From Okamejei kenojei (taxonomy: Eukaryota), in NCBI GenBank assembly GCA_035221665.1, contig CM069132.1, positions 20,708,001-20,772,000 of the forward strand: DNA of 64,000 nt, given 5' to 3'. The position numbers and the translations under genes are program-made. Below the pieces are notes generated by a model. The model was not told the DNA's origin. It was given only the letters and a program-made list of their open reading frames with translations, and ran no database searches. Below, piece by piece: positions 62,824 through 64,000 of this stretch. Position 1 is the first letter of the stretch. The number at the start of each line of letters is the position of its first letter.

Positions 62824-63003
62824 AAAGGACACAAAGTGCTGGTGTAACTCAGCAGGTCAGGCAGCATCTCTGGAGAACATAGATAGGTGACATTTTGGGT
62901 CGGGACTCTCAATCTGAAGAAGTGTCCCGACCTGAAACGTCACCCATACTTTTTCTCCCAAGATGTTGCCTGACCTGCTGATTTACTCCAGCACTTTTGT
63001 CTA
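62824..63003. mobile_element. Fold-back Penelope-derived element
   Basis: Inverted arms around ctgaagaagtgtcccgacctgaaacgtcacc. Confidence 0.8.
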
Positions 63004-63176
63004 TAATTGTGGAATTCTTATTTCTATGTTAACACTTTGCCGAACTCACATTAACTTGGCTGCTCACTTGTAATGGAATTTGACAAAAGCTTTGAGTTAA
63101 CCTCTCCACTTTCTATGTTTTCGCCTCAAACCCACAATATACTCATGGCATGAAATTGTTTTCTGGTAATTTGTTC

Positions 63177-63493
63177 TGAAGATAGACAAAAAATGGAGGA
63201 GCAACCCAGCAGGTCAAGCAGCATTTCTGGAGAAAAGGAATAGGCGATGTTTCGGGTCAGATCTCTTCTTCATGCTGAGAGTCAGTGGTGGGGGGGACTG
63301 TAGGCAAGAAAAGGCCAGAACAAATCAGGGCCGGCAACAGATGACCTCAGGCATGGAGGAGTCCATAATGGCCCATTGTTGGCTGGAGAAGATGTGGTAA
63401 CGGGAGGGATACAAGGATGCACAGAGGGGGAGCACTGAGAGAGGCTGTTGCAAAACTCCCGTCTGAGAGAAGAGGAGAACTTCTTCAAAGTAA
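63177..63493 (-). mobile_element. Penelope pLTR unit
   Basis: Homologous to 52900-53115 (rc) and to the gagaggagaacttcttcaaagta block of the 16527 tandem. Confidence 0.75.
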
Positions 63494-64000
63494 TTTGTTC
63501 TGTCAGGAGAGAGAAAATAGACTAGGCCAAGAGTCTATAGAATTTAGAAGAATGAGAGGTGATCTAATTGAATCATACAGAATTTTACAAGGCTGGATCG
63601 AATAGATGTGGGACTGAGGTTTCCTCCAATTTTGTGGAAACGTATATGTAGAAATAGTTTAATAGTTCCACATTAACCTTGTGTCAGTCTTGAGAGCAGA
63701 GCAAAACCACCCATTTACACTAATTGTACATCAATCCCAATTTTATTCTCCCCAGTTAACTTGGGAAGTATTTTAAGTAATAAGTAATAGGTTCCTCTAT
63801 TAACTGAGCTATCTCCACCTCTTGCAAACCATACTTAGTAAACACACATTTGTTTGAGTCATAACCTAAATAAACTCTCAATTTAGGACTAAAGCCCCCT
63901 CAGATTTGAAAAAAAAAACGCACTGTAAATGTAACTCCACAATTAAGATAGGTAGAAGAAGAAAAAACAGGAAGATGGAAACATTAGCCAAACAGCTGTT

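Noticed and set aside
279-63605. Most short ORFs in the supplied track
   Set aside because: They are readings through SINE, pLTR or antisense LINE sequence (for example recurring LECGRKPEHP and LLSYSSILC peptides) or have no motif or splice support

Overview
Repeat-dense vertebrate genomic DNA. The repeat repertoire (V-SINE/HE1-like SINEs, several CR1 lineages, Penelope, Rex-Babar, L1) points to a cartilaginous fish such as a skate or ray; this is an inference. The only host coding sequence I can support is the last coding exon of an IA-2-family phosphatase-like gene, most likely PTPRN2 (2989-3060, +, [23 protein letters not shown]), which the ORF track misses. The rest is putative 3'UTR plus about 55 kb of intergenic DNA. 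It holds three large young CR1 copies, each nested in an older repeat (one has a near-intact ORF2, an ORF1 esterase tail and a 12-bp TSD), a decayed Rex-Babar RT, a truncated L1, two TIR elements, about 25 V-SINEs, two (TG)n tracts and two assembly gaps. The most interesting signal is a family of over 20 miniature Penelope-derived elements carrying a minimal hammerhead ribozyme core (CTGAAGA-A-GGGTCTCGACCC-GAAACGTC). Many have their own 9-16 bp TSDs, and they occur as monomers, fold-backs and tandem arrays, which resembles retrozymes. Perfect RFX X-boxes sit in TE-free blocks downstream of the gene. All calls were made by eye; boundaries of old repeats are approximate.
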